In this document: positions 15,605 through 29,723 of the stretch, piece by piece
How positions within the stretch are numbered: the stretch's first letter is position 1
Layout of the letters: each line of letters starts with the position of its first letter
Source: Chrysomallon squamiferum
Taxonomy: Eukaryota; Animalia; Mollusca
Reading direction: 5' to 3'
DNA: 64,000 nt
Assembly (NCBI GenBank): GCA_012295275.1
Contig: CM022672.1
Coordinates: 13,082,001-13,146,000 of the forward strand
Notes under the pieces: generated by a model
What the model was told of the DNA's origin: nothing
What the model saw: only the letters and a program-made list of their open reading frames with translations
Database searches by the model: none
Position numbers and translations under genes: made by a program

Positions 15605-16669
15605 GATGGTTTAACCTTAATCATGAAAAAAAAAAAAAAATTATTTACTATTCAAACAACATAAATAAAAACAATAACTCCAACACTTATACATAATTAT
15701 TGTATTTTGTTATTATGCATACCCAATCTAACGTTACACTAATTATAAGTCTAACACTGTTGTTCATGTCAGGAAAGATTTTTTTTTTAATTATTTTTTT
15801 TTTTTTACAACTCTATACTGAATTATTTTTTAGTTAATCTTTAAGTTAATAACTGCTGTAATCCAATTTATTTATGATCATAATGATTCAAAATATTAGA
15901 ATAATTGTCATTTGTTATATAATTTTATATTATAATAAATACGTTGAAAATTCTTATAATCTATTATAAAATTATAAAATTTGGGTGATGATATATTCAT
16001 TAAAGACTAACGTCATCTACTCGTAGACCTAATCATTAATACAAACATTGTTTTTAATGAATAAACAATTTAATCAAATTAACGGATTATGGTTGATTCT
16101 TAATGGGAAGTAATATTGTATTATTATTATTATTATTATTATTACAAATATTTTCTCTAGTTTAAAAAATATAATAATTTGTGCTACACTTCCGACTTCG
16201 TAACTTTCTAGGTTCAATGGTAGAATAAGAAATAGTGTTACAATTCCAGAACGGTAATGGAAACTACTAACATGAGACAAGTTGCTATGATAGTCCAAGT
16301 CAGTATGAACCAATTAATAACAGAAAACACTTTATAAATAAAAATATATAAAAATATACATATAAAAAAAAAAAATAATAAAATAAAATAACGTCAAAGC
16401 TACATACTGTTTCGAAGCGAAATTCTTGATTTTTAAAATAACTAAACTCTAAAATAAAGTACACTAATAATTAATAACAAACAAAATTTATATCTCATTA
16501 CAATGACTGTGTAAAAATAAATTTAAAAAAAAAAAAATAAAACATTTGCAGCGAATGGCTGACGGAAGTACATCTCTTGATTTTTGTACCACCATAGACT
16601 GGGATTCAGTCATTATCTCCCCAAATTAATTTTAAACAGCACTGTTTTTCATACTATTACAGTTTCAAC

Positions 16670-16715
<46 letters not shown>

Positions 16716-16838
16716 CCAAAACAAAAGATAGTTTTGTTTTATTAAAAGATTGTATAATGCTTAACGACAATCATTTCACAATATGTTTTCAATTTAGTTC
16801 ATGGAAATCTATTTTACTGTATTGTTTAATTTAGCTTT

Positions 16839-16840
<2 letters not shown>

Positions 16841-16896
<56 letters not shown>
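16841..16896. repeat. (AAT)n microsatellite
   Basis: Read directly. Confidence 0.95.
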
Positions 16897-16897
<1 letters not shown>

Positions 16898-17076
16898 CAA
16901 CCAATGACTGTTTTCAACATATCTTATTTTTTTAATTCATCACTGGTTCTTATAGTTAACAGTCAACACTGAGTGATACATGAAAACTGAAAACAAGTTT
17001 CCATCAACCCGTATCATTCGTATGCTATTTTCACCTAGTGGCCTAAGTATTTTTATCAAAATCGTTTGTGCTTTTA

Positions 17077-17078
<2 letters not shown>

Positions 17079-17114
<36 letters not shown>
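17079..17114. repeat. (GT)n microsatellite
   Basis: Read directly. Confidence 0.95.
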
Positions 17115-17116
<2 letters not shown>

Positions 17117-17385
17117 TTCATATACAAAATCCCTTGCTATTAATCGAACAAGTATGGGAGCTGCAAATCTCCTTTTACTGCATGCGCCTTTAAGTAATGT
17201 GTTGATTGTATAACTAAATAAAACGTTTCTTCCTTACTAGTGAACAACATCCATATTAATAAAAAAATAAAAAATAAAAAAATAAAAAAAAAAGTTTAAT
17301 GTATACATATCAGTCTTTTATTATGTTTTAGCAAAGAAATAAATCACTGTGTCTGTTTAAATATAAAGATTTTGCAAGTAATGTA

Positions 17386-17396
17386 ATGACTAAGCA
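17386..17396 (+). promoter_or_regulatory. Antioxidant response element (Nrf2/CncC-sMaf site) ATGACTAAGCA upstream of GCLM
   Basis: Perfect RTGACnnnGCA about 800 bp upstream of the GCLM ATG. GCLM is an established Nrf2 target. Confidence 0.6.
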
Positions 17397-18198
17397 CATT
17401 ATACAATGTAATATAATTGTACAAAACTCCTCGCAATGACATGTTTCATCCGATTTGCCACGCGATTTAAAGTAGTAAAGCTGAAATGAAGCTTCTAGGA
17501 TCAATCTTTATTAGTTAGGCCATTTAGCGTCCTATGATCGGTTAATTATAGGCCGCTGTTTGTTCTTTACAGTGTGTTGGAAGTTCTATCCCTTGTTATA
17601 TTAAGAAGTGCCAATTTTTAGTGGCATCGTAGATCCTCTCAAATGTCAGATTTTTAATCACTTCTGTGGACAATATAATCGTAAATTTAAAATATGTTGA
17701 CTGTATATTATTCTAAATATTTAAGCTAAATACATTATTAAGTAAAATTTGTTTTGATAAAATCTTACATCCTAGTTATTACAAGCAAAACAACAGAATT
17801 ATGCAGATGAATCGGAGCATCTTTCGATTTACACTTTTATTATTATTTTTTTTTTGTATATATTTTATATTTTTAAATTTATTTTATTTTATTTTATTTT
17901 ATTTTCGCAGAAATACACAAGCAAATAATAGAGATTATAGGATCAATTTCTATCGATGCAACTTTCCGACAGCATCACGTTTTATTTGATGCACCGCCCC
18001 TTACCCTTAGTTTTTTTTCAGTGAGGAAAATTACTGAACGTTTTAATGTAAACACCGAAAGGAGTATTACTGACTGCAGCAAGATTTAACACACCCGATC
18101 TTGATAGCTGATACGCCTCTCCACTAAAGTATACAAAGCTACGCATTATTTCAGCAGATAATCTGTCTAGTGCACCTTGGAGAGCAAAAACAAAAAAA

Positions 18199-18453
18199 AT
18201 GGGAGACGTTATTCCAGTTTTTCCGAAAGCGGGGACGCTTATTGTACATAGCGGCAACATTGTCAATTGGAACAGACTAAAAAGAAAACCAACTCAAAGT
18301 TCCACAGAAGAGGTAAATACATTTTTGTTGTTGCTACCATAATATTATTGCCAAAACATGTAGTGATGCAGCATGACAGTTGTTTATATTTTGTGTACTG
18401 TTGTGCAGTTATTTTTCGGTTTAAAATAAATAAATAAATAAATAAATAATAAC

Positions 18454-18489
<36 letters not shown>

Positions 18490-18499
18490 GTTATCGTTA

Positions 18500-18549
<50 letters not shown>

Positions 18550-21144
18550 TAATGGTAAGAAAAAATAAATGACATACAATGAAAATTATCTTTATAACTG
18601 TCTAGCTTCAGTAACATGACATGGGCAAATCTAAAATAATAAAACATTGCTTTTCATTATAACCATAATGTCCAATGACTGGAACAAATCAGCCAGTGTG
18701 ACAACATGACAAAGCAGTTTTACTGTTAATGATTCTTAGCTCTGCTTTATTCAAGATCCTGGCAGAATGCAATCAGAATTTATATTAATTTGATAAAAGA
18801 TTGCATTATAAATATATATTAAAGCAAAGCAGTTTTGAGATATATTCACAGCTACTTTTAATATTGTATGTAATAATAAGTTTAAAAAGAATATATCCAA
18901 CAAATCCCCCACCCAAAAACCCCTGCCTGTATCTGCCTCAGACAATAAAAAGTCATTATAAATGTATAATTTTATGGAAAATAAATATAATGTTCATTAA
19001 AAATAAAATAGTAATGTGAAGTAAATTTCTAATTTTTTTGTTATGACTTTATGTTTATTGAGAAATTATTATTGTTAACATTATTGGTGGGTAAATTTGT
19101 GTGTGTGTGTGTGTATATGATGGGAATTTTTTATTATTTTTATTTTTATTTTTTGCTTTAGTTTTCACACCAAACATGAAGCATGAACATTGTTTTTTTT
19201 TTTTCTTCAAACTGCCAAAGACTTCATTATATTGAACTGTTGTTGAAATAAGTAATCATTTTATGATACTAATAATAAATACAAAAATCATTTTAAATTT
19301 ACTTACAGTTTTCAACTTTACCACAAAGCTAGTCCAATATTACCTCATTTGGTACTAAATTTTGATTTTAATTTTATTGTTAGATTCAAAAAACATTCTT
19401 CCACTGAAAATGAAATGTGGTGCCAAATCAGAGGTAATGTCATTCCAACTTTTTGGAAAGACATATAAGTTAGGGAAATTCTTGTACTTATTTTATATTC
19501 AGTAGATATTTTGCTGAATAGATAGGCAGAAATATGTATTAACAAATAGACAGACAGACAGACAGATAGGCAGATGAAATTGTTAAAAAATTGATTATAT
19601 AAATTTGACAAAAGTAAAATAAATTGATGATAAGCTGACATTGCTGGGTGGTGATACTTGTTTGTTTTAAAATTCATCAGGTTTATGTGTATGCAAAAGA
19701 GACAGACTTAAATAATACAGTTTTATAATGTGTCATAGCTTATTTCATATACTAATAAATGTTCTCTTATTTGTTATATACTCCATCTGTTACACATACA
19801 ACATAACCATAAAATGCCAATATTGTCTTTTCTCTTTGTAATATAATTAGAAAATATTAACCTGGATTAATCCAGTACAAAAAAAATAAATAAAAAATAT
19901 ATATATATATATATATGCATGTGAACAGAGTAACATGCAACATTATATATTAATCATTTGTTTTTCAAGTAGAAAACAATGATTAATGTTAAGTATTATG
20001 GATGTACATACCATTGGGAACAGTGCATTGAAGAATATGCAGTTACATTTATGCTGATGTATGCTTACTGTTTTTATATGCTCTGTTTTTATCTTTATCT
20101 AGGTTAATAGTAATACTTATAATAATTTTGTAGATAATTACTAATTAATATTCCTTTTTTTACCCCCACTGAATTTAACTGTGTTATAATTGCTACTGAT
20201 GTTTTAATTAATTAGTTCCTATATTATAACTAGAAAAATGTAGAGTAATAAACAGCTCACTTTAATGTAATTATGAGCTTTTTAAACACTTTCAATAAAC
20301 ATATTTTTTTGATAATCTAAAGAAGAAATTTTATTTATTTTTTTATTTAATGATTTCTTTTGTTATTGCTGATATAAATACACACACACACAAACACAAA
20401 CATGTATACAGTGGTACGTCGAGTTACGAGCAGTCACCTGGTTGATATTTTGCTTTGAGATGCGAGCCAAAATCTGAGATTCGAGCAAGTTTCAGATACT
20501 CCACCACTAGTCACCGCAATGAACAACACAACATCCACCCAATCCCCTTCTTACTCGTTTGCTTGACGTGAAAGCATCTCTGTTGTGTCATGCTTGTCTT
20601 TTGTGCAGTATTTTGCCAAATTTCAAAGTGCAAAGGACAGTGCTGAGAAGAAGAAGTGGATGATAGATGTCCATTGAAATAAAGCATGAAATCACAGAAA
20701 AACATGAGAGAAGTGTGCATGTAGTCAACGTGGCTAAGCAGTATGAACATAGTACTTTTACGATTTGTACCATACTGAAGCAGAAGGAGTTGTTAAAGGT
20801 TATAACTCCAGCCTAAGGCATTAAAATAATTTCTAAGCTGCAGACATCTGTCCATGAAAAGATGGAGAAACCCTAACCCTATTCACTTTACATAACCAAT
20901 TTATTTCTTACATTCTTTTTTAATTTGGTTTTACAGAGTATTTGTCATTTATATATACATTTTTCTTATTTAAAAACACAATACAAAACATTAGTGTGTT
21001 TTTTGGTGGGCTGGAACAGATTAATGGTATTTCAGTTAATTTCATTTGGGAAAACTGATTTGATATATGAGCAAATTGAGTTACAAGCTCAGCCATGGAA
21101 CAAATTAAACTCGTAAGTCAAGGTACCACTATGTGTGTGTGTAC

Positions 21145-21203
<59 letters not shown>

Positions 21204-21752
21204 TGGGTATAAACTTCTGTATATATTTATACATATAACAGTACAGTATTGCAGGATTTTTGTAATTCCTTTCTATTTATATCACATTATTTTTAATATT
21301 GATGCTTGATTATATAACTGCAGCCGATATATAGTGAAATATGTATGTATGTATGTAGTGCAAGTGTCTGTCTGTCTATGTATATTTCTATATGTCTGTC
21401 TCTCTATTTGATAATATGTATTTCTGTCTATTTGTAGGACTACATACATTTCTATCTCTCTTTCCATTTAGATACATAGAAAGATATGGTTATACTTTAT
21501 GCAGCAAGGACAAAATTTAATTATTTTTTCCTTTTTGTTTTTGTAGTTGAAAGAATGTGTTACTGAGTCACTGAATAAGTATTTGTTAAGGTCAGACAAA
21601 AAGGAACTGCAGGTAATAATTTATTGTATAATAACTTTATTGTATTTGTTTTATCTTGTCACATATATTATTTATGTGAATTTTATTAACCAAAAATTGT
21701 TTTAAAAAAAATCTGTGTCTTGCAGTTCTGGTTAATATCTATATCTATATCT

Positions 21753-21783
<31 letters not shown>

Positions 21784-24700
21784 TTATTATTATTATTTTT
21801 TTTTTTTTCAATTAACATGAGACTTGAAAAAAAATTGTACATAGAACATTTTACAAAAATGAACAAATCCTCTGCATACAATGAATCCTTTTACCTGAAT
21901 TAATTATTTTTATTTTCTGTAGTTTCAAATTTATTTCTTCTACTAGTACTACTATAACCACCATCAATATTACCTTTTTGAAATAAACTTATTTGCATTA
22001 ATCATGGATTTTAAAAATGGTGTTTTGTATATATTCTGTGAGTAGAACCATTATGTTTAGTATCTAGAGATAATGTAATCATTCCAACCTCTGCTTCTTA
22101 TCTGGTTTATAAGAATCAGTAGTATATGCTTTACCTAAAACCCAGATGAGCATAACTGTATAGTGGTTATTCATATATCAGTAAACGTGTAATTTCAGTA
22201 TGTGACAGAACTGGTTTGTGAGAATACAGATTTCAAAGAAACTTTGCTTGCTGATGAAAGGGGAGATCTGAAAGTAACAGGTGACTTGTATTATTTGTCA
22301 CGTTGTTATTATATTTTTAAGTTTTAGATTTATATTATTATTATCATCATCATCATCATCATCATCATCATTATTATTATGATATTTTATTTCACTGATA
22401 TATTCCCTTATGTGAAAACTAGTTACAGTAATAGTTAATTTATGTTCTTTGTCATATTATTATTATTATTGTATTTATTACATTTTTTTTTTCTTCAACA
22501 TTTGAGATAACATAATTTGTGCAAATTAATAATTGATTCAGTGGTTTAAAATAGTTGTAGAAATATAAAGATAATTAATTTATCGGTTTTTCTTTATTAC
22601 TGTTGTTGGTAAATGTTAACAATAAATGTCTGTTTTGCACTTCAGCCAAATTATTTTTCTGTGTGGACCAGCCTGTTGAAGTAATTACTGAAACTGTTGA
22701 GAAAGGTAACAATTAGAAATTAAAAAAAAGAAAAAGAATACAGTTAAATGTAAAAGAAACATCATTGCTAAGATATTGAATAGAACATTATGTAATATGA
22801 CTTTAGAATTTGCATAAATTTCTAATGCACATATGATAACTTTCTGGTATTTTCCATGTTGTGACATGGACCGCACATCTGTGAAAATGTATTAATGTCC
22901 AAATTTAGATTTGTGTGTATCTGTATGTTTAGTCTAAAATTTAGATACTTATAACACAAAAGTACAGAAACTTAATGCATAACAGTTCAAATGAGACATT
23001 TCTTTTAATCTGCCATTTTGTTTTGCTGGATCAGTATGGCAACAAAACTAAGCAAACTTGCTGTTTCTGTTTTAGAAATTAAAGTTTCTTAAAGTGTGTG
23101 TATATATATGTACATGTTTAAATCTGTTTATCTGTCTGTCTCTCTGACTATCTATCTCTGTATGTATATATATCTATTTCTCTATCTATTTGTCTATCTA
23201 TCTATATATGGCATCATAGAATTTGTCTTTCAGTTCAGTTTGTATTACATTTCAGTTTTGAGAGAGTTGGACATTTCCTTCATTGAGAGGTTACTTTTGT
23301 CTTTCCCGGAAATAGAAGAGAGGATATCTGTCAATCAGATAAAACCCTATTGGGAAGTCTTAGAGGATTTGGTCGCTCAAGAGAGAATTCTCTCCCTTGG
23401 AACATGTGACCTTGACAAAGCTAGACTGGAAGAGCTTTATGACTGGGCAAAGGTAAGTGTTAGAATTGACTATTTGTATAATGACCTTATTGTGAAAATA
23501 GAACAGTAAAAATAGCCATTAGTTTGTGTGTGTATGTGTGTGTGTGTTTGTACACAGACAAACATACACACACACACACATAAATAATTATTTTCATTAC
23601 CTTTGAATAGATGATTTAGTCCAACATGGCATCTGCTTAAATCTTGCTTCTGACACCATTTCAAAGTGCATTTCAGTATTTTCAGTTTTTTCAATTTTAC
23701 CTGCAATTTTAGGAGAAGAAAAAAACAACAATGATATATCTCATATTTTTATCTTTCTGTCAGTGATGTTAGCTACTAAATATCAACATTATTGCAAAAT
23801 AATACGAAATTTTTAAATTTTTAATAAATAATGAATATTTACAGCATTTCTTGTTTTTGCTATTTCCACAGTAATGCTTTATTCTCGGATGTATCTGTGT
23901 TCATAATATTTAGTGTTTCGTGTTGCAGGTGAAGCCGTGTACAAATCAGGTTAATCTGGCCTCTTGCTGTGTGATGCCTGAGGATCTCACTGAATTTGCT
24001 AAAGAGAACGACATCCAGCTTCTTACTCACAGTGACCCTCCTGGTAGGCAGCCTGAAAATTAACTTCATTACATTTAGTTTCTGAACTACTACTACAGAG
24101 TCTACCACTAAACACAAATGTATTTAAAACTACCACCTAGGTAATGTTGTAGCAAAAAATAATAAATACCAACTTTTAAGTACATAGTTCGTTTCTGAAT
24201 TGGTATAGTATGTAGTAAACATAAATGAATTTAAAACTACTTCTTTGGTCAAACTTTGAGCAAAAATAATAAATAACAGCTTTTAAGTATATCCATCCAG
24301 ACATACATAGTTTCTGAATTGTACTAAATATACATGTTTATTAAAACAATTTCCTGGTAATATTTTAGCAAAAATAATAAATGATAATAACTTTTAAAAC
24401 CAATATCTATCTCAATATTTTAATTTCTGAATAGTTAGTTAAAATAAAATGATTATAAAAGAATTTCCTGGTTATGTGTTAGAAATTCTTGAAACACCAG
24501 TCCTAAACATATATAAAACTACCTCTTTATAATATTTAAGCAAAACCAAAAAAATGGCAACTTTAAAAGTCAATATCTATCCTGTCTCATTTAGTTTTTG
24601 AACTGTTATGGTATCTACTGGATATTTATTAATTTATGAAACTATCTTCTGGTGATGAGCTGGCACACAAAAAAAATAAAATAATAATAATTATAACAGC

Positions 24701-25309
24701 TTTTAAAACTAGTAAGCTATCCTGACAAATTTTGTTTCATAAACTGGAAAGTTTTAACTAAATATTTATAAAATTAAATTCTGAAAGCTGACCTATTAGC
24801 AAAAATATAAAACCAAAAACTTCTAAAAGCACTAATAATAATCTGTACTAACACCTTTAGTTTCCAATCATGAATAATACTGCCTCCTGATAGATGATAT
24901 GTTATAAGAAAAATAAAAACAATTTTTTTTTTTTTAAATAAGAGTTCTAATCTGACACATTTAATTTCTAAGCTGGTACAGTGTCTGCTAAACATACAAC
25001 TGCCTTCTGGTGCATGATGTATTATCGAAAATAAAAAAATAACTTAAATCCAGCATTCTTCCCTAACAGATTTAATTTATTTAACTAGTTTATAAACTCA
25101 TGCTGTATTTACTAAATACATATGAAACAACCTTGTGGTAAGTGATCAGTAAGCAAAAAAAAAAAATGTCAGTTACTTTCAGTCAACCAGCAATTCTTAA
25201 ATTAATTACTTAAAATGGATTTATCCTTTTCTGATTAACATTGTATAATTATTATTTTTTATTTTATTTTATTATTATTGTTTAAATTTAAACTGGATCT
25301 ATCTTTATC

Positions 25310-25342
<33 letters not shown>

Positions 25343-25540
25343 TTTATATACATATTTTTAGAAATAATGCCTGCATGCGTCCTTCAGCAAGCAATAAAAT
25401 CATGTGCAACAGAAAAAGACTGTTTGGGCTGGATTCCGCAGTGGGCTCTGAGATATTCAGTTATTATCAAGTGCCGTGGAATAATCAAAGACAAAGGCTA
25501 CATCTTCAAAGCTGTCAGAGATGTCAAGAAAAGATTATAA
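18199..25540 (+). CDS. GCLM: Glutamate-cysteine ligase regulatory (modifier) subunit, 7 exons, about 270 aa
   Basis: Exons 18199-18312, 21547-21612, 22199-22280, 22646-22705, 23256-23452, 23929-24043, 25362-25540. All GT-AG, 813 nt in frame. Diagnostic motifs: HSGNIVNWNRLKRK..STEEL, YWEVLEDLV..ILSLGTCDLD..LEELYDWAKVKP..NQVNLASCCVMP..LLTHSDP, W.P.WALRYSVIIKCRGIIK.KGY. Confidence 0.96.
18455..18550. repeat. (ATT)n microsatellite, interrupted
   Basis: Read directly, GCLM intron 1. Confidence 0.9.
20409..21131 (+). mobile_element. Internally deleted Tigger/pogo-like (Tc1/mariner superfamily) DNA transposon
   Basis: Left TIR TA|CAGTGGTACGTCGAGTTACGAG. Right end CTCGTAAGTCAAGGTACCACTA is its near reverse complement. 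Internal 20667-20870 translates as MSIEIKHEITEKHERSVHVVNVAKQYEHSTFTICTILKQKE..PA*GIKIISKLQTSVHEKMEK, resembling the CENP-B-type N-terminal HTH of pogo transposases, with an in-frame stop. Confidence 0.88.
24037..25170 (+). repeat. Degenerate tandem repeat (about 108-170 bp unit, roughly 9 copies) filling GCLM intron 6
   Basis: Recurrent blocks '(C/T)CTGGT....AGCAAAAATAATAAAT..CTTTTAA...TTTCTGAA...AAAACTAC', with markers near 24152, 24260, 24368, 24540, 24799 and 25153. Confidence 0.75.
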
Positions 25541-27982
25541 ACATTTTGCATCTCAAGCTAGCCTATAGGGCATTTGAACTGATGTTGTATATAGAGTTTG
25601 TGATGTTTTTACACACATACACACACATGCATCCACACACAAACACAGACAATGTTTCATCAATAAAAATAACAAATTTGAAATTAAGCTATGCCTTGTC
25701 AACAGGAAGGAATTAAAAATTATATAAGAAAATATTAAAACTTTATAAAACAAATGTAAATTTTATAACTGTATTTTGACTTTTTCTTATTTCATTTTTT
25801 TAATGGAAATAATTGAATAACAAGGACTACTAAGATCAAATGATTTTATGTATTCCATTCATAATAAATGATTAAGACACATTTTTTGTTTCTCTAGTTG
25901 ATAGTAATATATAACCAGTAACAGACAATTTCATGTATTTTAAGATTAAAGCTGTTAATTTGTGGTTTTTGTTAGTTTCAGTATCATAATAGGATGTGGA
26001 TGATTATATATTGCTAAGAGCTTCACAAAGATCTATAACTTCTGGGCATTTTTCAGTAAAGAATCATTTCATTTAAATTATTTTTATGAATGGCTGAATT
26101 AATTATTGCTGATTAGTTTCAAAATTCTTTATTTCAATAAATTAAAACAAAACATAAACTAGGCATCGCTCAGTTTAAGCAGTTTTGATAATAAAAGTCA
26201 AATCTGTATTAACAACAGTGAAACTGAAAAAGTAAACAATTTATGACAAACTTTTCTTTTTTGCTGTATCTTTTTCTTTCTTTCTTTCTTTTTCTTTTTT
26301 TTTAAATTTTTTTATATATTTAATATTAAACCAGTTAAACCTTGTATCAGATACATACTATAAAAAAAATCTGTTTTAATTTATAATTTGTCTCTTGTTA
26401 AAACAGTTGTCATCTAGTCAAACCCTTGACCTATGAATATTAAAAACTACATGATTAGTCAGGGTAAATATTTAGTTAATGTCACAAGATATTCAGTAAT
26501 ATTTCATGTATGTCAGGTCAAAGGTTAAATTTGACAGTTGGAACAATAGATTTTCCACAATAACAATATGTATTTAAGCTCATACAGCTACATACATATG
26601 TTTGTATTTATGCCTACATTTATGCTTTTCATTCAGATAGTATTCTGAACATATATATGTATGTATGTATATATATATTTCTTTCTTTCTTTTTTTTTTT
26701 TTGTTACCAACCAACCAAATAATAATAAAATATTTTTTGAAAATAAGTCCTATAACATATGTATATTTTTAATTTATTTATTTTCTTTTTTAATTTTCTC
26801 TCCTTATTTATTTATTTATTTAATTTATTTTTGAGCCAAAGAATTTCTGAGTTTCTGTTAATTTCTGGGATTAGAGTATTTCATATCAAATATATTTAAT
26901 ATCCTTAGTATATGTTTTAGAATTAAATATTCTCTTTTTATTTTATTTTATGTTTTTTATATTATTTTTAATTTTGATTAATTAGTTACTAAAAATTGAA
27001 AAACAAACTGTTTTGAATGTATTAGCAAATTCGAATGTAACTGTGTTTATTATGTAACAGTTTTCTTTTAATGGTTGTTAACAGTTTAATTTTCCTAACA
27101 GTTTTTCAACTTCTTTTGTTATGCTTTAGTCTGTAATACAGGTATACTGTTCTCATACATGTTTTAATTATGTACATAATTACCAATAATAGGAACCAAA
27201 ATATTAAATGTGTGCGATGAGTGACATCATGTAGCTTTTTGAAAGAATTTTATCCATGGAGGTTAAAAAATTTTTTTTTTTTTTATTTTTTATTTTTTTT
27301 TAAATTTATTATTATTATTATTATTATTATTTTCTAATTACTACTACTACTATTATTGTTATTGTTGTTGTTATTATTGTTATTATCATTTTTATTATTA
27401 TTTTTTTTTTACTACTACTATTATTATTGATATTATTATTATTATTATTATATTATAATTGTTATTATTATTTGTTAACAGAAATAATTTTCTTTTTTCA
27501 AACCATAAAAAGGTTCAGCCATTCAGTACTATTGCATTGAGAATATAAATGTTTAGCCTTTTTAAATTGTTTATAATTAAATTACCTATGATTTTAATTT
27601 ATGTTTCCATGTTGCAGCTAAAAATTAAATGTTTTAGAATGAATTTATTATTTTAAAAAAAGAAGAAAAAAGTAAATGCAAGAAAAGATAAAAGAAAGAA
27701 ATGAGAAAATGATATTAAACAAATACATTTTTTGATTTTCATCTGCATTATTACATCAGTGATAATTTTGTTTAAGGAATTTGTGTAAAATTTACTTGTA
27801 TTAGTAGTTTAATAAAAGCTGACTTCATTAAAAGATGAGATAATAAAATAATAATTTTAATTTCCTTTGTCCTACATTATTATAATATATTCTTAATACA
27901 TGAATCTTGTTAATTATAGAAATAATAATAAATAAAGATTTTAAGAATATTCTTTACTGGTGTTAATCTAAGTCTGATTCAC

Positions 27983-28004
27983 TTACGGGAATATTTCACT
28001 TTCC
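27983..28004 (-). promoter_or_regulatory. Composite ISRE/IRF-E + GAS element upstream of the STAT gene
   Basis: Minus strand reads GGAAAGTGAAA-TA-TTCCCGTAA: an IRF-type GAAANNGAAA adjacent to a STAT-type TTCCCGTAA site. Confidence 0.5.
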
Positions 28005-29288
28005 ATGATTTATGTATCAAAGTTTGTGATATTTTCCTATCAACAGACATGTGATTATGAAAGATCATTTGCTTCAAACTGGTAACTGTAGTCTATAATA
28101 CAGAAGAAAACTTGTATTTAAAATAAAATTATTGTCATCTTCGGTTCTGTATGATGAAATGAAAGTCATTTCTTATTATTCGTCGCACAAAAAGTCAGTA
28201 TAACATAAAGACGTTTAATTCATGTTGTTAATACGAAACTACATATTCAACGGGGGTGTAATACCATTTTAGTATATGACGTTCCTTGCAAAGAAACAAA
28301 CATAAAAATAATATGTCCGAAATTTGACTTCAAGAATACATTCTAATTTCTTTAAGACAGAAATGAATATTTCTTTATTTCCTGAGAAAAAGGAAAATGG
28401 TAAAAATATTAAAATAGCAGATAAAGAACAATTTCGCCATTAATTTTAAATATTTGTCCTAGTAATATACGACATGTCGATAGGACTGAAGAGATCACGT
28501 GCCAGATATTGTACCATTTCGCCATTTTTATTTTAATACAAAAGGTATGGAAAAACGTGCATAGCAGTTTAGAAATTAAAGGTAAAGTTTTAGTTGCTTG
28601 CAAATATTTCAGTTTTCATCTGTAAGAAGCGTTTTGTACTGTTCAAAGAAAAATAATGAATGATTAAACCATTTCCAATATGAAAATTGAATGTCGCGTT
28701 TTCATAACTAAGTACAAAACCTTTTTCTTTTCCATTTTTAAATTTTCTTTAATCTTACAGATATTTTACGCTTTTATTATTCCTTTCCTTTTCTTTTTTT
28801 TTTTAATTAAAGTAATATTTTATTATTAGCTTGTGTACGTTAAACAACAGATGCTTTCTTACTTTTCCTTATACTGTTGTTGTACGTCTGTTCACTAAAA
28901 CAACATGTTCCTTTTTCTGAAGTTCCCAAATATCTTGTTCTTTGCCCCTATTCCTTTTCATCCTTGTAAGTTTATAAAGTATTAAAATCGGAAAAATAGG
29001 AAGAATTGCAAATTAGTTATCCATATCGCCTCCTGACAACTGCCCATTGCCTCAGAGGTGCGGGATTTTCTACTTTGGGTACCATTTTTACATAGTAATT
29101 TTTGATGGAAAAAAAACATCATTTTAATATATAACGTATTTAATTAATAACTGAAATAATTTGGATATTGTTACAGTGGATCCTCAGAGTAAGATATAAA
29201 ATGATTATGTTAATGATCCTTGGAAAATAATAATAATAACAATAATAATTTCCGGCTAATGATTCAGAAGCTTTCGGTTTAATAATTT

Positions 29289-29319
<31 letters not shown>

Positions 29320-29478
29320 AAAAATAATAATAATAAAACGGTGAAAAAATAAAATAAAATAAAAAATACTTAAAACAATAATCACGTTAATGTATGTTGT
29401 GAATAATACACAGTACCTTTCAATATTAACTTATTTTAGCAACCGCCCATATAAAACCCATTAAAAAGTGTTTTTAAA

Positions 29479-29519
<41 letters not shown>

Positions 29520-29690
29520 CATCATTATCATTATTATTACTGTTATTGTATGCATAATAATATAAAATACCAGACTTGACCTTTAGGCTTTTTCATACCC
29601 ACAAAAGAGACATTCATTATTGCTTTAGCTACTACCACTAGCACTATTCCTACTACAAAATTACAACTATGGTTCTACTGGCGCAGCTAC

Positions 29691-29723
<33 letters not shown>

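Larger units (their letters stand above)
15900..18198. promoter_or_regulatory. Divergent (head-to-head) promoter region between USP20/33 and GCLM
   Basis: Start codons at 15604 (-) and 18199 (+) point away from each other, 2.6 kb apart. CpG is visibly more frequent than in the introns. ETS-like CGGAAGT near 16563, DRE-like TATCGAT near 17951, GC-box CCGCCC near 17994. Confidence 0.7.

Noticed and set aside
18018-18266. 82-aa minus-strand ORF over the GCLM 5' end
   Set aside because: Antisense to GCLM exon 1 and its leader; no recognisable motif.
25375-25716. 113-aa ORF
   Set aside because: Wrong-frame reading of the last GCLM exon plus 3' UTR.
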